The notes: a model not told the origin generated them from the letters alone. A DNA stretch of 64,000 nucleotides from a candidate division WOR-3 bacterium (GCA_020353055.1 CP070686.1:1056625-1120624); one strand, 5' to 3'; counted from the first letter of the stretch, positions 48,330 through 59,587 are shown. Made by a program: numbers and translations.

Positions 48330-48464
48330 CTCATAGTTAAACGGTACTGAATCCATATAGTAGGCTATCAATTTAAGTTGCCCATAGGTCAGCATTGAAC
48401 AATATAAAACTGCATTTAGCAAAAATTATCAATACTTAAACTGACCACAAATGGAAGGTGATTA

Positions 48465-49721
48465 ATGGAAATAGATGATCTAAAAAAGAGGAAAGTAACA
48501 GAACTGCATGCTATTGCCAAGGACTTGGGTCTATCGAGTTTCACGGATCTCAAAAAACCTGATCTGATACATGCAATAATCGAAGCGGAAACGAAAAGAG
48601 CAGAGCTCGTACCGGTCGAGGGGGTATTGCAGATCCATCCCGAAGGCTACGGGTTCCTTCGATCGCCCAATTATAACTATTTGCAGAGTCAAGACGATAT
48701 CTACCTGTCGATCTCGCAGATACGAAAATTCAACCTAAAGGTCGGCGATCACATCAGGGGTCTTGCTCGACCGCCGCGCGAAGGCGAGCGCTATTTTGCC
48801 ATGATAAAAATCGAACACATAAACAACATACCACTTTCCGAATTCCGCGAACGAGTGCTCTTCGATAACCTCACCCCACTATACCCTAATGAACGCATTC
48901 ATCTGGAGATCGAAGGCAAGAATGACCGCTCAATGCGCATCGTTGACCTATTCACGCCTATTGGCAAAGGACAGCGTGGTTTGATCGTATCCCCGCCCAG
49001 AGCCGGTAAAACAGTACTGCTGCAGAAGATCGCAAACTCGATCACCACGAACCATCCCGAGATATATCTCATCGTGCTACTTATCGACGAAAGACCGGAA
49101 GAGGTGACCGATTTTGAACGATCGGTAGATGCAGAAGTTGTCTCTTCAACCTTTGATGAAACGCCGGAACGCCATACCGAGGTTGGCGAGATCATCCTTG
49201 AGCGCGCAAAACGTATGGTCGAGACAAAGAAGGATGTAGTCATACTACTTGATAGTCTTACACGACTGGCCCGTGCCCATAATGCGGTCGTGCCGCACTC
49301 TGGCAAGACCTTATCCGGAGGTCTCGATTCCACCGCACTGCAGAAACCAAAAAAATTCTTCGGAGCAGCCAGAAACATCGAAGAAGGTGGAAGTTTAACA
49401 ATAATTTCGACGGCCCTGATAGACACCGGATCAAGAATGGATGAAGTCATCTTTGAGGAATTCAAAGGCACAGGCAATCTCGAACTGATCCTCGATCGAA
49501 GGCTTTCGGATCGACGGATCTTCCCCTCGCTTGATCTATACAAATCAGGCACCAGGAAAGAAGAGCTATTATTAGCCGACTTCGAAATAAATCGCTTGTG
49601 GATTATGCGCAAACTACTTTCTGAAATGAATACGATAGAACAAATGGAATTCCTTTCTGAGAAGATGTCACGGACCAAAACAAACAAGGAATTCCTCGAA
49701 TCCATGAGCAACGATAGGTAA
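48465..49721 (+). CDS. rho: Transcription termination factor Rho
   Basis: N-terminal RNA-binding domain and RecA-type ATPase ([15 protein letters not shown]). Confidence 0.9.
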   Translation: MEIDDLKKRKVTELHAIAKDLGLSSFTDLKKPDLIHAIIEAETKRAELVPVEGVLQIHPEGYGFLRSPNYNYLQSQDDIYLSISQIRKFNLKVGDHIRGLARPPREGERYFAMIKIEHINNIPLSEFRERVLFDNLTPLYPNERIHLEIEGKNDRSMRIVDLFTPIGKGQRGLIVSPPRAGKTVLLQKIANSITTNHPEIYLIVLLIDERPEEVTDFERSVDAEVVSSTFDETPERHTEVGEIILERAKRMVETKKDVVILLDSLTRLARAHNAVVPHSGKTLSGGLDSTALQKPKKFFGAARNIEEGGSLTIISTALIDTGSRMDEVIFEEFKGTGNLELILDRRLSDRRIFPSLDLYKSGTRKEELLLADFEINRLWIMRKLLSEMNTIEQMEFLSEKMSRTKTNKEFLESMSNDR

Positions 49722-49733
49722 GGAGCATTTGTC

Positions 49734-49970
49734 ATGAAAAAGAAAATACACCCTAAATATATGCCCTGTATCGTAACCTGCGCATGCGGCAATCGGGTCG
49801 AAACGAGATCAACGGTCGAAAAGATCAGCGTTGACCTTTGTTCAAAATGCCATCCTTTTTTCACCGGACGTCAGAAGATCGTTGATTCGGCAGGCAGGGT
49901 AGAGAAATTCAAGAAGCGATATGCTGCTAAGAAAACAACGACGGCAAAAGCGCGTAAGCCGAAGGAGTAG
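49734..49970 (+). CDS. rpmE: 50S ribosomal protein L31 (zinc-binding type)
   Basis: MKKKIHPKY ... CxC ... [10 protein letters not shown]. Confidence 0.85.
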   Translation: MKKKIHPKYMPCIVTCACGNRVETRSTVEKISVDLCSKCHPFFTGRQKIVDSAGRVEKFKKRYAAKKTTTAKARKPKE

Positions 49971-49973
49971 TTG

Positions 49974-51084
49974 GTGAACAAGCCGTCCGACACGAATGTC
50001 GTAACCATCGACGAGATAAAGAAACTCAAGACTAGATTCGATGGTCTGAAGGAGCATCTTTGACCTTCAGAAACTCGAACAAGAACTAAAGAAGCTACAG
50101 AAAAGAACCTCCAATCCGGAATTCTGGGCGAATAAAACCGAAGCCCAGAAGATAATGTCTGAAATAAACGAAAAACAATTCTGGCTTCAATCAGTAGAGA
50201 CAATAGGTTCTGACATCGAACTCCTTGCTGGTTTGATAGAATTGGAGGAAATAGACGACAAAATGCTTGCTGAAGCGACCCACGAAGCAAAGAAGGTCGA
50301 GGGGAAGTTGAGGGATATCGAGTTGAAATTACTACTGGGTAAAGAGGATGACATGAAGAACTGCATCCTGACGATTCACCCGGGTGCCGGAGGTACAGAA
50401 TCCTGCGATTGGGCTGAGATGTTAATGCGTATGTATATGCGATGGTTTCAGATGAAAGACTTCACCCACCGGATGCTTAATTTCCTGCCAGGGGATGTTG
50501 CCGGCATAAAGGATGCTACTATTGAAGTAGTGGGTAAATATGCGTACGGCTTACTGAAAGCAGAGGTGGGTATTCATCGGTTAGTACGAATATCACCCTT
50601 CGATTCGAACGCGCGGCGTCATACGTCCTTTGCCTCGGTATTTGTCTACCCTGAAGTCGAAGATGTCAGCGTTGAAATCAATGATGATGACCTGCGAATA
50701 GACACATACCGGGCGGGCGGCCACGGCGGACAGAATGTGAACAAAGTCTCTTCCGCAGTCAGGATCACACACATCCCGACTGGAATCACGGTTCAGTGCC
50801 AAAATGAACGCTCACAATTTCAAAATAAAAACAATGCGATGAAAATATTACGGTCTCGGCTTTACGATTACTATCAAAAACAAGAAGATGAGAAGCTTGC
50901 AAAATTAAACAAGCAGAAAACAGAGATCGCCTGGGGACATCAAATACGTTCCTATGTATTTCACCCGTACAAACTCGTCAAGGACCATCGTACAGACTAC
51001 GAAACATCCCAGGCCGACAAGGTCATGGATGGCGAAATAGATGATTTCATACATGCCTATCTCAGCATGAAGGCAGAAATCTAG
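49974..51084 (+). CDS. prfB: Peptide chain release factor 2, translated via programmed +1 frameshift at CTT-TGA-C (50058-50064). Frame 0 covers 49974-50060 and frame +1 covers 50062-51084.
   Basis: GAAGGAG RBS then GTG 49974. Short frame-0 ORF ending ...GLKEHL-TGA with an upstream SD-like AAGGAG. The downstream frame encodes SPF and GGQ motifs. Confidence 0.85.
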
Positions 51085-51103
51085 CCAATGACGTTGCGTG
51101 ATA

Positions 51104-52423
51104 CTACTTAAAAATCAAGGATACAACGAATAACCCGCAGATCACCGAAATAACGACGAGGATGATGGTCATGAACCGGTCGCGCTTCTTCTCCTTTGCC
51201 TCCTGATTGATCATGTATTTAGACAAAGAGTTAGACATCTCGCCGATCTCTTGTTTCATCTCAATCGTTGATTTCAACAATTTACCGCTAGCGTCTTTTG
51301 TGTCATCTAAACGATGGCACATTTCGTCGGTAGCCTCTCTGTAATTTTCCTGCACCGACTTCATCACGTTGAGTGAGTTGTCTGTCAATGTCTTGAAATT
51401 CACGTTCAGATTGGCTAAATTAGTATTGAGTTGTTGGGCAATATTTGCCTGATTCTTGCTCAAGCTGGCCAGCGCTTTACCCAGATTTTCAAGATCTGCA
51501 TGAAGGTCCTGCATGCTTTTGTCGGAATTCTGATACAGCGTCTTGACCGATTTCTCAATTTTTTCTAGATTGTCGGTGATCGACTGCTGCATACCAAGAA
51601 GTGCCTTTTTCTGCTCACCTGACAAAGCACCAAGGGAATTTTTCATTGAGGAGACCACTTCGTCAAAACGGACTGCCTCTTTTAGAGAAACCACTGCCCG
51701 CTCGACCTCCCTGACTGATACATCGAGCTGCCCGATATCCTTTTTCAATGCTCTCGCTCCATTAGACTCTTCAATGAGCGTTGCGATTTGTTCATTACTC
51801 ATCGCCCGTTTTTGAATCTGCGGTTCAACTTTTACTTTGGCTACAGGCTCGGCATGCTCCGTTTGCTCGGGTGCGATCTTTTTGGCAACAATGTCAGGCG
51901 CATGAATTTTATCCAATTCACCCTTCTGAACCAAAGCCTGGCACTCGGTGATCCTCTTCTGAAGCCTCTCGTCCCTGATTTCGAGACTCTTGAGGTAATC
52001 TATTGCATTCAGGATTTCATTCTTCTTGTTCTGATCAGCCTGCTTCTCAATATACTCAAAGATGTATTGCGCAGCATCTTGTTTTTCATCGAGTTCGGAA
52101 TGCAAATCGGCTATAGTGTAATACATATCAAATCCATCCGGCTCGTATCTTAGTATCTTCTTGCTCAAAGCAAGTGCGTTGCGCAGAAAATTATCCCTTC
52201 GAAAAGCATCGACGCCCTTGCGGAAGTTTACAATTGATTCTTCTTTCTCATCCAGTTTCATATAGAGATCGCCCAAACGGTTGTACAGATTACCGTCCTC
52301 CGGATTTAGGTCGACTGCTTTTTTGACTTCCGAGATTGCCTCAACAACCTTACCTTTGATCTCAAGATCGTTGGCATTCTTGAGTATCTTCCCAATAGCA
52401 TATTCCTTCCGTGGTGATATCAT
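51104..52423 (-). CDS. TPR-repeat / coiled-coil protein with a C-terminal transmembrane tail anchor
   Basis: N-terminal TPR-like repeats, a long heptad-rich middle, and C-terminal MTIILVVISVICGLFVVSLIF. Confidence 0.45.
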   Translation of the reverse strand: MISPRKEYAIGKILKNANDLEIKGKVVEAISEVKKAVDLNPEDGNLYNRLGDLYMKLDEKEESIVNFRKGVDAFRRDNFLRNALALSKKILRYEPDGFDMYYTIADLHSELDEKQDAAQYIFEYIEKQADQNKKNEILNAIDYLKSLEIRDERLQKRITECQALVQKGELDKIHAPDIVAKKIAPEQTEHAEPVAKVKVEPQIQKRAMSNEQIATLIEESNGARALKKDIGQLDVSVREVERAVVSLKEAVRFDEVVSSMKNSLGALSGEQKKALLGMQQSITDNLEKIEKSVKTLYQNSDKSMQDLHADLENLGKALASLSKNQANIAQQLNTNLANLNVNFKTLTDNSLNVMKSVQENYREATDEMCHRLDDTKDASGKLLKSTIEMKQEIGEMSNSLSKYMINQEAKEKKRDRFMTIILVVISVICGLFVVSLIFK

Positions 52424-52579
52424 TATGCGCTCCTTCTCACTTTATCCCCCTCATAAGTTCAAACCAACACCCATCTTAGACTTAAGTCTCCCACATTATA
52501 ACGAAAATTCAATTTTTGTCAACCCCCTTATGTCTTCGGTGATCGCACAGCCGCTTTATGCAGCAAATCAGATAAAGGA

Positions 52580-53689
52580 TCACCGTAGCTTCCTTATTCT
52601 TGTGCCGCGGTAGTAATGATAGAGTATATGCCTGTAGTTCTTGCCCTTATTTGCCATTTCGAGCGCCCCGAACTGACACATGCCTACACCATGGCCAAAA
52701 CCCCGGCCCCTGATCACAACTTCATCACTTTTCATGTTCACATAAACATAATTTGACTTCAACAGTCCTCCAGGATCACCCGGTTCTCCGAATAATGTCC
52801 TGATGCGGTAGTTCGGAATCTTGTATTCACTCTTGTTCGTCTTCAAGATCAGTTCTTTTATCCTATGACTGCGTTTGTTTCTTGTTATCCTGAAAGAATG
52901 GATCAACTCACCCCTTTCCAAAATAATGTTTATTCTGTTCAAACGATTTCTAATATGCCCAAAGAAATTATCTCGTGTCATTGTTTTTTGCCATTCATAG
53001 TGCGGGCTTTCCGTACAATAACGGCAAATCACACTGCGTAGATATGTTGGCGAGGTCCCGGACCAAGCATCGCTAAAATCAGCGGTCCTACCGCCGCATG
53101 TCGAGTGGTATTTCGCTTCGATCGGTTGATTGCGGTAGAAAAGTACCTCTCCTGCCGTGCTCTCTACTGCTTTATTCGTCAAAATCCTTTCACAAGGAAT
53201 TCCTTTGTAGACTTGATCTTGTACCGTCGCGTACAGGTCAAATCCTAATTCTGCGTATTGCCCAATATGGGCACGCGCGTATGTCCTTGCCGCCACTGCT
53301 TGAGCCTTCGCGGCCTCAAGTTGCCTCTCTGAGATCCCTCCTATCTCGCAGGGCACCACTCCTTTCAAGTATGACTCAAAATCAAGCACATTTATCACCC
53401 AGAGAGTGCCGTCGATCTTTCGCACTTCCAGGTTTCCACGGTAATCATGGCCATTAACTGTCACCTTGCCGTCTCTCGGACCGAAATGCATGGGAAAATT
53501 CCCAGCTTGGGTGATCCTATGATTATTGTAGTATTTATTCCCGTTAACACCGCTGATATTCACCTGGTCCACACCACACTCGATCGCAACCTTTACCAGT
53601 TTCCCTCTCCGGTCCTTGCTTACGTAAGGCATGCAATTCAAACACACGGCCGCAATCAGTGCCGCATTCAAAAAACCCGCCCTTGTCAT
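52580..53689 (-). CDS. SpoIID/LytB-domain protein (peptidoglycan lytic enzyme family)
   Basis: YHSTCGGRT and GRGFGHGVGMCQFGA motifs. Confidence 0.75.
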   Translation of the reverse strand: MTRAGFLNAALIAAVCLNCMPYVSKDRRGKLVKVAIECGVDQVNISGVNGNKYYNNHRITQAGNFPMHFGPRDGKVTVNGHDYRGNLEVRKIDGTLWVINVLDFESYLKGVVPCEIGGISERQLEAAKAQAVAARTYARAHIGQYAELGFDLYATVQDQVYKGIPCERILTNKAVESTAGEVLFYRNQPIEAKYHSTCGGRTADFSDAWSGTSPTYLRSVICRYCTESPHYEWQKTMTRDNFFGHIRNRLNRINIILERGELIHSFRITRNKRSHRIKELILKTNKSEYKIPNYRIRTLFGEPGDPGGLLKSNYVYVNMKSDEVVIRGRGFGHGVGMCQFGALEMANKGKNYRHILYHYYRGTRIRKLR

Positions 53690-54138
53690 CAGGTCTCCCC
53701 CAGAACCGCCTGCACCTCATGCATCATATTCTTATAATGACTCCCCTTCCAGTATATCCGCTCGCATTGCGGACACATCGCGTATTTACTAAAATGCTTA
53801 TACGTAAAATATGGCACCTTTCCTTTAACCGCTTCCCTCGTCACAGAAATCAACTTCTCATTGCAGACGATGCAGCGAGTAAAGGGCTTTATCTCTGACC
53901 ACAGGTTGTAGGCGTCCACTACCGTTTGGAGTTGTTGCTCGGGCTTTGTTTTATCCAAGAAGAAAACATCTTTTTTGCCGCGCAATCTGGTATTACGAGT
54001 GACTATGATACGATCTTCCTTGCGTGCGAGTAGCAGAATAGCCATACCTTCGTTGGAATACGCAGAATCGATCCCTACGATTCTCAACAATCTCGACAGT
54101 TTGCCCAACATTCCATTGCAGATGAATTTTTTCGCCAT
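53689..54138 (-). CDS. Mut7-C RNase-domain (DUF82) protein with a C-terminal zinc ribbon
   Basis: CIVCN...CPQCERIYWKGSH arrangement typical of the Mut7-C family. Confidence 0.4.
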   Translation of the reverse strand: MAKKFICNGMLGKLSRLLRIVGIDSAYSNEGMAILLLARKEDRIIVTRNTRLRGKKDVFFLDKTKPEQQLQTVVDAYNLWSEIKPFTRCIVCNEKLISVTREAVKGKVPYFTYKHFSKYAMCPQCERIYWKGSHYKNMMHEVQAVLGET

Positions 54139-54146
54139 GGCGAATA

Positions 54147-55094
54147 CTAAGGTAATCTCAGCAACACATTGAACAACTGTAGCAATTTGTTCGCATTACT
54201 CTCCAGTAAAATTATATTGTCATTCAGTAGTTTGATAGCATCTATCACCTTATCGGTGGTTACTCTCTTTGCTTTACTGGCGATCTCGCGATCATACCGC
54301 GTGCTGCCGACGATCTTCAATTTTCTGTACAGCACCAGGCGGTATAAAAGCAGCAAAGGATAATAAAGCTCTAGTACTCTTTTTCTCTCGTAATACTGTG
54401 CATGATCCGCCGCAGCCTTCAAAGTCATCGGGGTCTTTTTGAAGACATCGATGACATTATCGACTGCGCCACTCTCGCGAAACGAGAGTATCTCTCCGGC
54501 GCTACCCACAAGAAAATCATCCCGTCCGTCAAAGATAATCTTTTTAATCTGCTCTCCGCTCAAGTAGTTGAATGGAACAATACGACAGCGTGAGCGTATT
54601 GTTGGTAGTAAATATTCGGGCCTTGAACTGGTCAACGTAAAAATAGTATCCACAGGTGGTTCCTCAAGCGTTCTCAGGAGACAATTGGCTGCTTCATCGG
54701 TCATCTGATCTGCCTCAAGAATGAGGACAAAGCGTTTCGAGTCCATGCTGGGCATGTGTATCAAACGCCCCTCTAGATTTCTGATCTGCTGGATCAGTAT
54801 CGACACACGATCTTCCGTCGCGATAAGCGGGTTGTCGGGCAGGTATTTCTTCGTATATTCGTATATCTTATCGTTCTTTTCCTTTATTCTGGATGGAATG
54901 GGCGCGATGAGATGAAAATTCTGAGAATTGGGCGGACAGTTCAAGGTTTTTGCCAGGGCAAATCCCATGGACCGCTTGCCAACACCTCGCGGGCCGACAA
55001 AAAGCAGGTTGTAGAGGTTGTCTTTCTTTATTGCAGTTCTAATGAAGGTCTTCGCCGTCTCCTGTCCGACGACATCATCGAGGTAATCAGTCAC
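54147..55094 (-). CDS. holB: DNA polymerase III delta' subunit
   Basis: Walker A-like GPRGVGK, LLRTLEEPP, SRC motif. Confidence 0.8.
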   Translation of the reverse strand: MTDYLDDVVGQETAKTFIRTAIKKDNLYNLLFVGPRGVGKRSMGFALAKTLNCPPNSQNFHLIAPIPSRIKEKNDKIYEYTKKYLPDNPLIATEDRVSILIQQIRNLEGRLIHMPSMDSKRFVLILEADQMTDEAANCLLRTLEEPPVDTIFTLTSSRPEYLLPTIRSRCRIVPFNYLSGEQIKKIIFDGRDDFLVGSAGEILSFRESGAVDNVIDVFKKTPMTLKAAADHAQYYERKRVLELYYPLLLLYRLVLYRKLKIVGSTRYDREIASKAKRVTTDKVIDAIKLLNDNIILLESNANKLLQLFNVLLRLP

Positions 55095-55141
55095 CCGTTA
55101 TTATAACGGAATCCAGCACACGGTCAAGATAATAAACCACA

Positions 55142-56251
55142 TTACGACGTGAAAAAATGAGCGCGCAGTCTTTCTCTCAATGAATCAAGACCTGTATCCT
55201 TCACTGCCGAAACAAACATTGCCTCTGGAAATTTTCGTTGATACCTTTCTTTTTCTTCATCGAAGAGTCTGTCAATCTTGTTGAAAACCAAAACCCTCGG
55301 TTTCGCGTCAGCACTTATTTCCTCCAGCACATTGCATACGGTCACTATCTTCTCTTCCACATCCTCGGCTGTAGCATCAACAATATGCACCAATATATCG
55401 GCCTCCATCACTTCGGCCAGCGTCGCGTGAAAAGAGGCAATAAGATTATGTGGCAGGTTTTTTAAAAAACCAACGGTATCACTGATTAGCATCTTGTATT
55501 TAGGCGGCACAAAGAGCACTTTGGTATTTGAATCAAGCGTAGAAAACAACTGATCCGAGGTTGCGAGTTTGGAACGGGTGAGTGCATTAACGAGTGAGGA
55601 TTTACCGGCATTTGTATAACCAACGACCGCGATCTTCGGAATATCGGCTCTGCGTTTTCTCTGTACTTCTTTTGAGTGTTCGATCTTCTTCAGTATTCTT
55701 TTAAGCGTCGAAATCCGCTGTTTTATCCGCCTCCGGTCCACCTCCAATTTTTTCTCACCCGGGCCTCTCGTACCAATGCCACCACCGAGCCGGGAGAATT
55801 CCACACCCATACCGACTAATCGTGGCAAACGATACTCCAACTGGGCAAGCTCCACCTGCAGTTTGGCTTCCTTGGTCCTGGCATGTTTTGAAAAAATATC
55901 GAGTATCAGAGTCGTGCGGTCGATCACCCGGACATTTACGATATCCTCTATGTTTCTTATCTGTGCTGCCGAGAGTTCGGTATCGAATATCAGTAGATCG
56001 ATGGCGAGTTGCTTGCTTACCCCGGCCAGTTCTTGGGCTTTTCCAATGCCCAGCAGCGTGGCAGGGTCGAACCGACGCCTCACCTGCATCAGACTTTCAA
56101 TGACATTGCCTCCCGCAGTGCTGGTCAGGCTGGATAATTCCTCTAACGATTGCACAACGCGCCAGCGGTCGGTCCTGGAATCCACCACCGAAACAAGCAG
56201 CACCCGTTCCCTGCCGTCTTCAGTGCTCTCTAATATCCTCTCTCGATTCAA
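55142..56251 (-). CDS. hflX: GTPase HflX
   Basis: HflX N-domain plus G-domain (VVGYTNAGKSSL, DTVGF). Confidence 0.8.
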   Translation of the reverse strand: MNRERILESTEDGRERVLLVSVVDSRTDRWRVVQSLEELSSLTSTAGGNVIESLMQVRRRFDPATLLGIGKAQELAGVSKQLAIDLLIFDTELSAAQIRNIEDIVNVRVIDRTTLILDIFSKHARTKEAKLQVELAQLEYRLPRLVGMGVEFSRLGGGIGTRGPGEKKLEVDRRRIKQRISTLKRILKKIEHSKEVQRKRRADIPKIAVVGYTNAGKSSLVNALTRSKLATSDQLFSTLDSNTKVLFVPPKYKMLISDTVGFLKNLPHNLIASFHATLAEVMEADILVHIVDATAEDVEEKIVTVCNVLEEISADAKPRVLVFNKIDRLFDEEKERYQRKFPEAMFVSAVKDTGLDSLRERLRAHFFTS

Positions 56252-56847
56252 TCTTTAAAGGATCTCTTCTTTACAAAAACAATGCGTTGCAGTGTAGTCT
56301 GAATTGTTCCGACCGCAAGGATAATAATGACATAAGGCATAAAGCGTGGGCCCAGCACCGACCCTACAATGAGCAGAACGATTCTGGTGAACCTCTCGAA
56401 AATCCCGACCTGGGGAGAAATTCCCAGACCTTCTGCCCGCGCGCGGGTATAGCTCACCATCATTGAGCCAAAAATAGCGACAAGGATCCAGAACTGTATA
56501 TAACTCTCTTTATCGAAATAGTAGAAGTACAGACCGAAATAAATAATGAATTCATTGACACGATCAACTGTTGAATCGAGGAAGCTCCCGAGTTTTGACA
56601 TCAGATTTCTACGGCGTGCGATCTCACCGTCAAAACTGTCGAATACTCCGCACCAGAAAAGAAATATTGCCCCCGCCCAAAAAACTCCACCTTTGTAGAA
56701 AAAGAAAGCGATTATGGCCAATCCCAGACTGGCAACCGTGATCACGTTAGGATGAATCTTGAGTGCCATCAGCAAAGCCACGATTGGCCTTACAAAAAAT
56801 CTTCTGCCGATTTCTTTGATCTCAGTCATTGCTGCCTTCCAGGACAA
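56248..56847 (-). CDS. CDP-alcohol phosphatidyltransferase (PgsA/PssA-type)
   Basis: DSFDGEIARR...G...D...D motif; TM helices. Confidence 0.7.
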   Translation of the reverse strand: MSWKAAMTEIKEIGRRFFVRPIVALLMALKIHPNVITVASLGLAIIAFFFYKGGVFWAGAIFLFWCGVFDSFDGEIARRRNLMSKLGSFLDSTVDRVNEFIIYFGLYFYYFDKESYIQFWILVAIFGSMMVSYTRARAEGLGISPQVGIFERFTRIVLLIVGSVLGPRFMPYVIIILAVGTIQTTLQRIVFVKKRSFKD

Positions 56848-57487
56848 TCGTAAACTCGCCCTTTTTGGAACTCAACTTTTCAAACGCCGTGCTGACATGC
56901 CCGTGAATTACTTCTTCATGATACTTGGTCAATTCGCGGCATAATACGACCCTGCGGTCACCCATAACCTCGAGGATTTCTTTCAACAAGCGATCCAGCC
57001 GCTGTGGTGATTCGAATATAACCATCGTACGCTTCTCCGTTTTCAATTGCTCTAAAACTCGCCTGCGCTGCCCACTTCTCTTCGTCAAAAAACCTTCAAA
57101 TACAAATCTGTTTGTCGGTAAACCTGAAACCGTAAGTGCCGCCGTTATCGCGGACGGACCTGGTATTGAATGGATCTGGATTCCCTGCCGGACTGCCTCT
57201 CTGACCAATAAATAGCCAGGGTCGGACAATAATGGTGTTCCAGCATTGGTGATCAAAGCCATTTTAATCCCCTGCTTCAACATAGTAACCAGTTGAGGAA
57301 CCCTCCTCCTCTCATTTTCTTCATAATAAGAGACCAGCTTTTTCTTCAAATTGTATTTTTTCAACAAGACGCCTGCGCGCCGGGTGTCCTCACACGCAAC
57401 CACTTCGACATCCCGCAGTGTATCAATTGCCCTTTGGGTCATGTCATTCATATTTCCGATCGGTGTAGTAATTATGAAAAGAGGCAT
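56822..57487 (-). CDS. rsmI: 16S rRNA (cytidine1402-2'-O)-methyltransferase
   Basis: Tetrapyrrole-methylase fold; CEDTRR, GTPLLSDPG motifs. Confidence 0.8.
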   Translation of the reverse strand: MPLFIITTPIGNMNDMTQRAIDTLRDVEVVACEDTRRAGVLLKKYNLKKKLVSYYEENERRRVPQLVTMLKQGIKMALITNAGTPLLSDPGYLLVREAVRQGIQIHSIPGPSAITAALTVSGLPTNRFVFEGFLTKRSGQRRRVLEQLKTEKRTMVIFESPQRLDRLLKEILEVMGDRRVVLCRELTKYHEEVIHGHVSTAFEKLSSKKGEFTIVLEGSND

Positions 57488-58437
57488 TAAATCTTCAGTT
57501 TCGTGTAGTCAAAGAATCGCATGGTCTTCAGGGCAAAACGGTAGTCTGTCAATATTTTCCGCGCTATCAACTCGCTTTCTTTACCCAAGAAAGTCGAAAA
57601 GGATTCGTAGATAAGGTCAAACATACGGGCCATGCCCTGAGCGAATGATTTTGGCTCAACAACGACCTCACCCCGGAAACTGAGGTCGGATTCAACCTCG
57701 AATTTCTCTATGAAGGGAAATTCCTTCTGGGCGGTGGTTTTCGATGCCAGGGCGCTGCGCAGAACCAAAGATTGACCCAGCGGATGGGCATAGGCCTTTA
57801 GCAATGCCGTGAAGATCTTGCAGAACATATCAACCTGTGCCGGGGTCGCCTGCTCGGCAACGGCTTTTTCCACGCGGTCGAAAACTGCGACCCTGGTTTC
57901 TGGTTTCAAGAGAATCGGGTAGATCTCCTCTTCTGACGCGATTTCCTGATGCCCGGCAATATAACAACCAGGTACGACGCCGTTTTCAAAGTATGCGAAT
58001 GATTCCTCCAAACCCACTTTCATCCAGATGAAACCATTGAACTTCGTGTTCTTCAATTTTTCGAGAAATATCTTGGGCTGAATTCTTGTCAAATCCACGG
58101 AACTCTTGAGCGGTTGTAACGTAATGGATGAAATGATCAACTTGAGGAGTATTTCATCGGTCGCGTATTCGCTCAACGTACCTGATGTTGCTTTCTTAGC
58201 CTTCTCTACTATTTCGCCAATGGGCACAATCTCCCGTGTGTCTGGTCCGATTCTCGCCGCATTAAATGGTTCACCCTGGTTCAAGAAAATTAGCTCCGAT
58301 ATATCGTGGTATAATATCGCTATATAGCCCACGATACGATGTGCCCTCTCTCTTTTAGATGCCGAAAGCACATTGCTGAGATTGATGAACTCGAGCCTTG
58401 TGTTTTCTATGATCGGGCGACCTAACGGAAACCTCAT
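57487..58437 (-). CDS. Hypothetical protein
   Basis: Clean 316-aa ORF; no recognised motifs. Confidence 0.4.
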   Translation of the reverse strand: MRFPLGRPIIENTRLEFINLSNVLSASKRERAHRIVGYIAILYHDISELIFLNQGEPFNAARIGPDTREIVPIGEIVEKAKKATSGTLSEYATDEILLKLIISSITLQPLKSSVDLTRIQPKIFLEKLKNTKFNGFIWMKVGLEESFAYFENGVVPGCYIAGHQEIASEEEIYPILLKPETRVAVFDRVEKAVAEQATPAQVDMFCKIFTALLKAYAHPLGQSLVLRSALASKTTAQKEFPFIEKFEVESDLSFRGEVVVEPKSFAQGMARMFDLIYESFSTFLGKESELIARKILTDYRFALKTMRFFDYTKLKI

Positions 58438-58520
58438 CGAGTATATTATATGAAAAATAATAAGAAGTCAATACGAATGCACTTGACTACGTTTGCCTTT
58501 TACGCTAATATGGAAATCCA

Positions 58521-59579
58521 GTGAAGAAAGATACTACGATAAACGAGAAAACCCGCATCCTCGTCGCTCTGAGTGGCGGGGTCGATTCTTCAATCGCGGC
58601 CGCTCTGCTCAAAGAAGCCGGAAACCTTATTGAAGGTGCGATCATGGTATTTGAAGGAGTCAAACAAGAAAATATCGAACTTGCTGCCGGCGTTGCCCGG
58701 TGTCTTGGCATTCCGTTCCATTGCGTCGATCTCGAGAAGGAATTCAAGGAGCTGATCGTGAGTAATTTTGCCGCCGAGTATGGACGTGGTAGGACTCCAA
58801 ATCCTTGTGTGCTCTGTAATAAGTTACTGAAATTCGACTTACTGCTGAAGAAAACCGAATTGAAGAACATCGGCAGATTCGCCACCGGCCATTACGCGCA
58901 TATCGAAGAAAAACATGACCGCTATCTCGTGAAAAGAGGCAGGGACAAGAACGAACAATCCTATTTTCTATACCGGCTTTCACAGGAACAGTTATCCAAA
59001 ACAATACTCCCGCTCGGAGAATTCACCAAGGAAGAAGTACGCAAAATGGCGCGCAGACATGGTCTACCGACCGCCAAACGCAAGAAGAGTCAGGATGCGT
59101 GCTTTATCCGTGAAGGCGATTATGCCTCCTTCTTGAGAAAATTGCTGCCCGAAAAACCAGGTCCTATAGTCAACGAGGAAGGCAAAACTGTAGGTCACCA
59201 TAAAGGAATCATTTATTATACCATAGGCCAGCGCCACGGCCTCGGCATAAGTCATAAGTATCCGTACTACGTCACACACATCGATGCTGCGACCAATACG
59301 ATACATGTTGGTGAGAGGAAAGAGGTTTTCAAACGTCAATTAATCGCGTCTGACCTCAATTTTATACCATTCAATACCCTGGAGCGAAGTCTTGAGGTAA
59401 CCGCAAAAGTACGCTATTTTTCACCATTGAGTGCGGCGACTATTGAACCACTCGATAAAAATGGAGTTAGGGTTATTTTCGAAAAACCGCAGTGGGCGAT
59501 AACGCCCGGCCAGTCGATTGTGTTCTACCAGGACGATCTGGTGATCGGCGGCGGGACAATCGAAAAGTCGCTAGATTAA
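58521..59579 (+). CDS. mnmA: tRNA 2-thiouridine(34) synthase MnmA
   Basis: PP-loop SGGVDSS; catalytic Cys pair. Confidence 0.85.
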   Translation: MKKDTTINEKTRILVALSGGVDSSIAAALLKEAGNLIEGAIMVFEGVKQENIELAAGVARCLGIPFHCVDLEKEFKELIVSNFAAEYGRGRTPNPCVLCNKLLKFDLLLKKTELKNIGRFATGHYAHIEEKHDRYLVKRGRDKNEQSYFLYRLSQEQLSKTILPLGEFTKEEVRKMARRHGLPTAKRKKSQDACFIREGDYASFLRKLLPEKPGPIVNEEGKTVGHHKGIIYYTIGQRHGLGISHKYPYYVTHIDAATNTIHVGERKEVFKRQLIASDLNFIPFNTLERSLEVTAKVRYFSPLSAATIEPLDKNGVRVIFEKPQWAITPGQSIVFYQDDLVIGGGTIEKSLD

Positions 59580-59587
59580 ACACTGAC

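Noticed and set aside
48899-49864. 321-aa minus-strand ORF spanning rho and rpmE
   Set aside because: Antisense to two unambiguous housekeeping genes.
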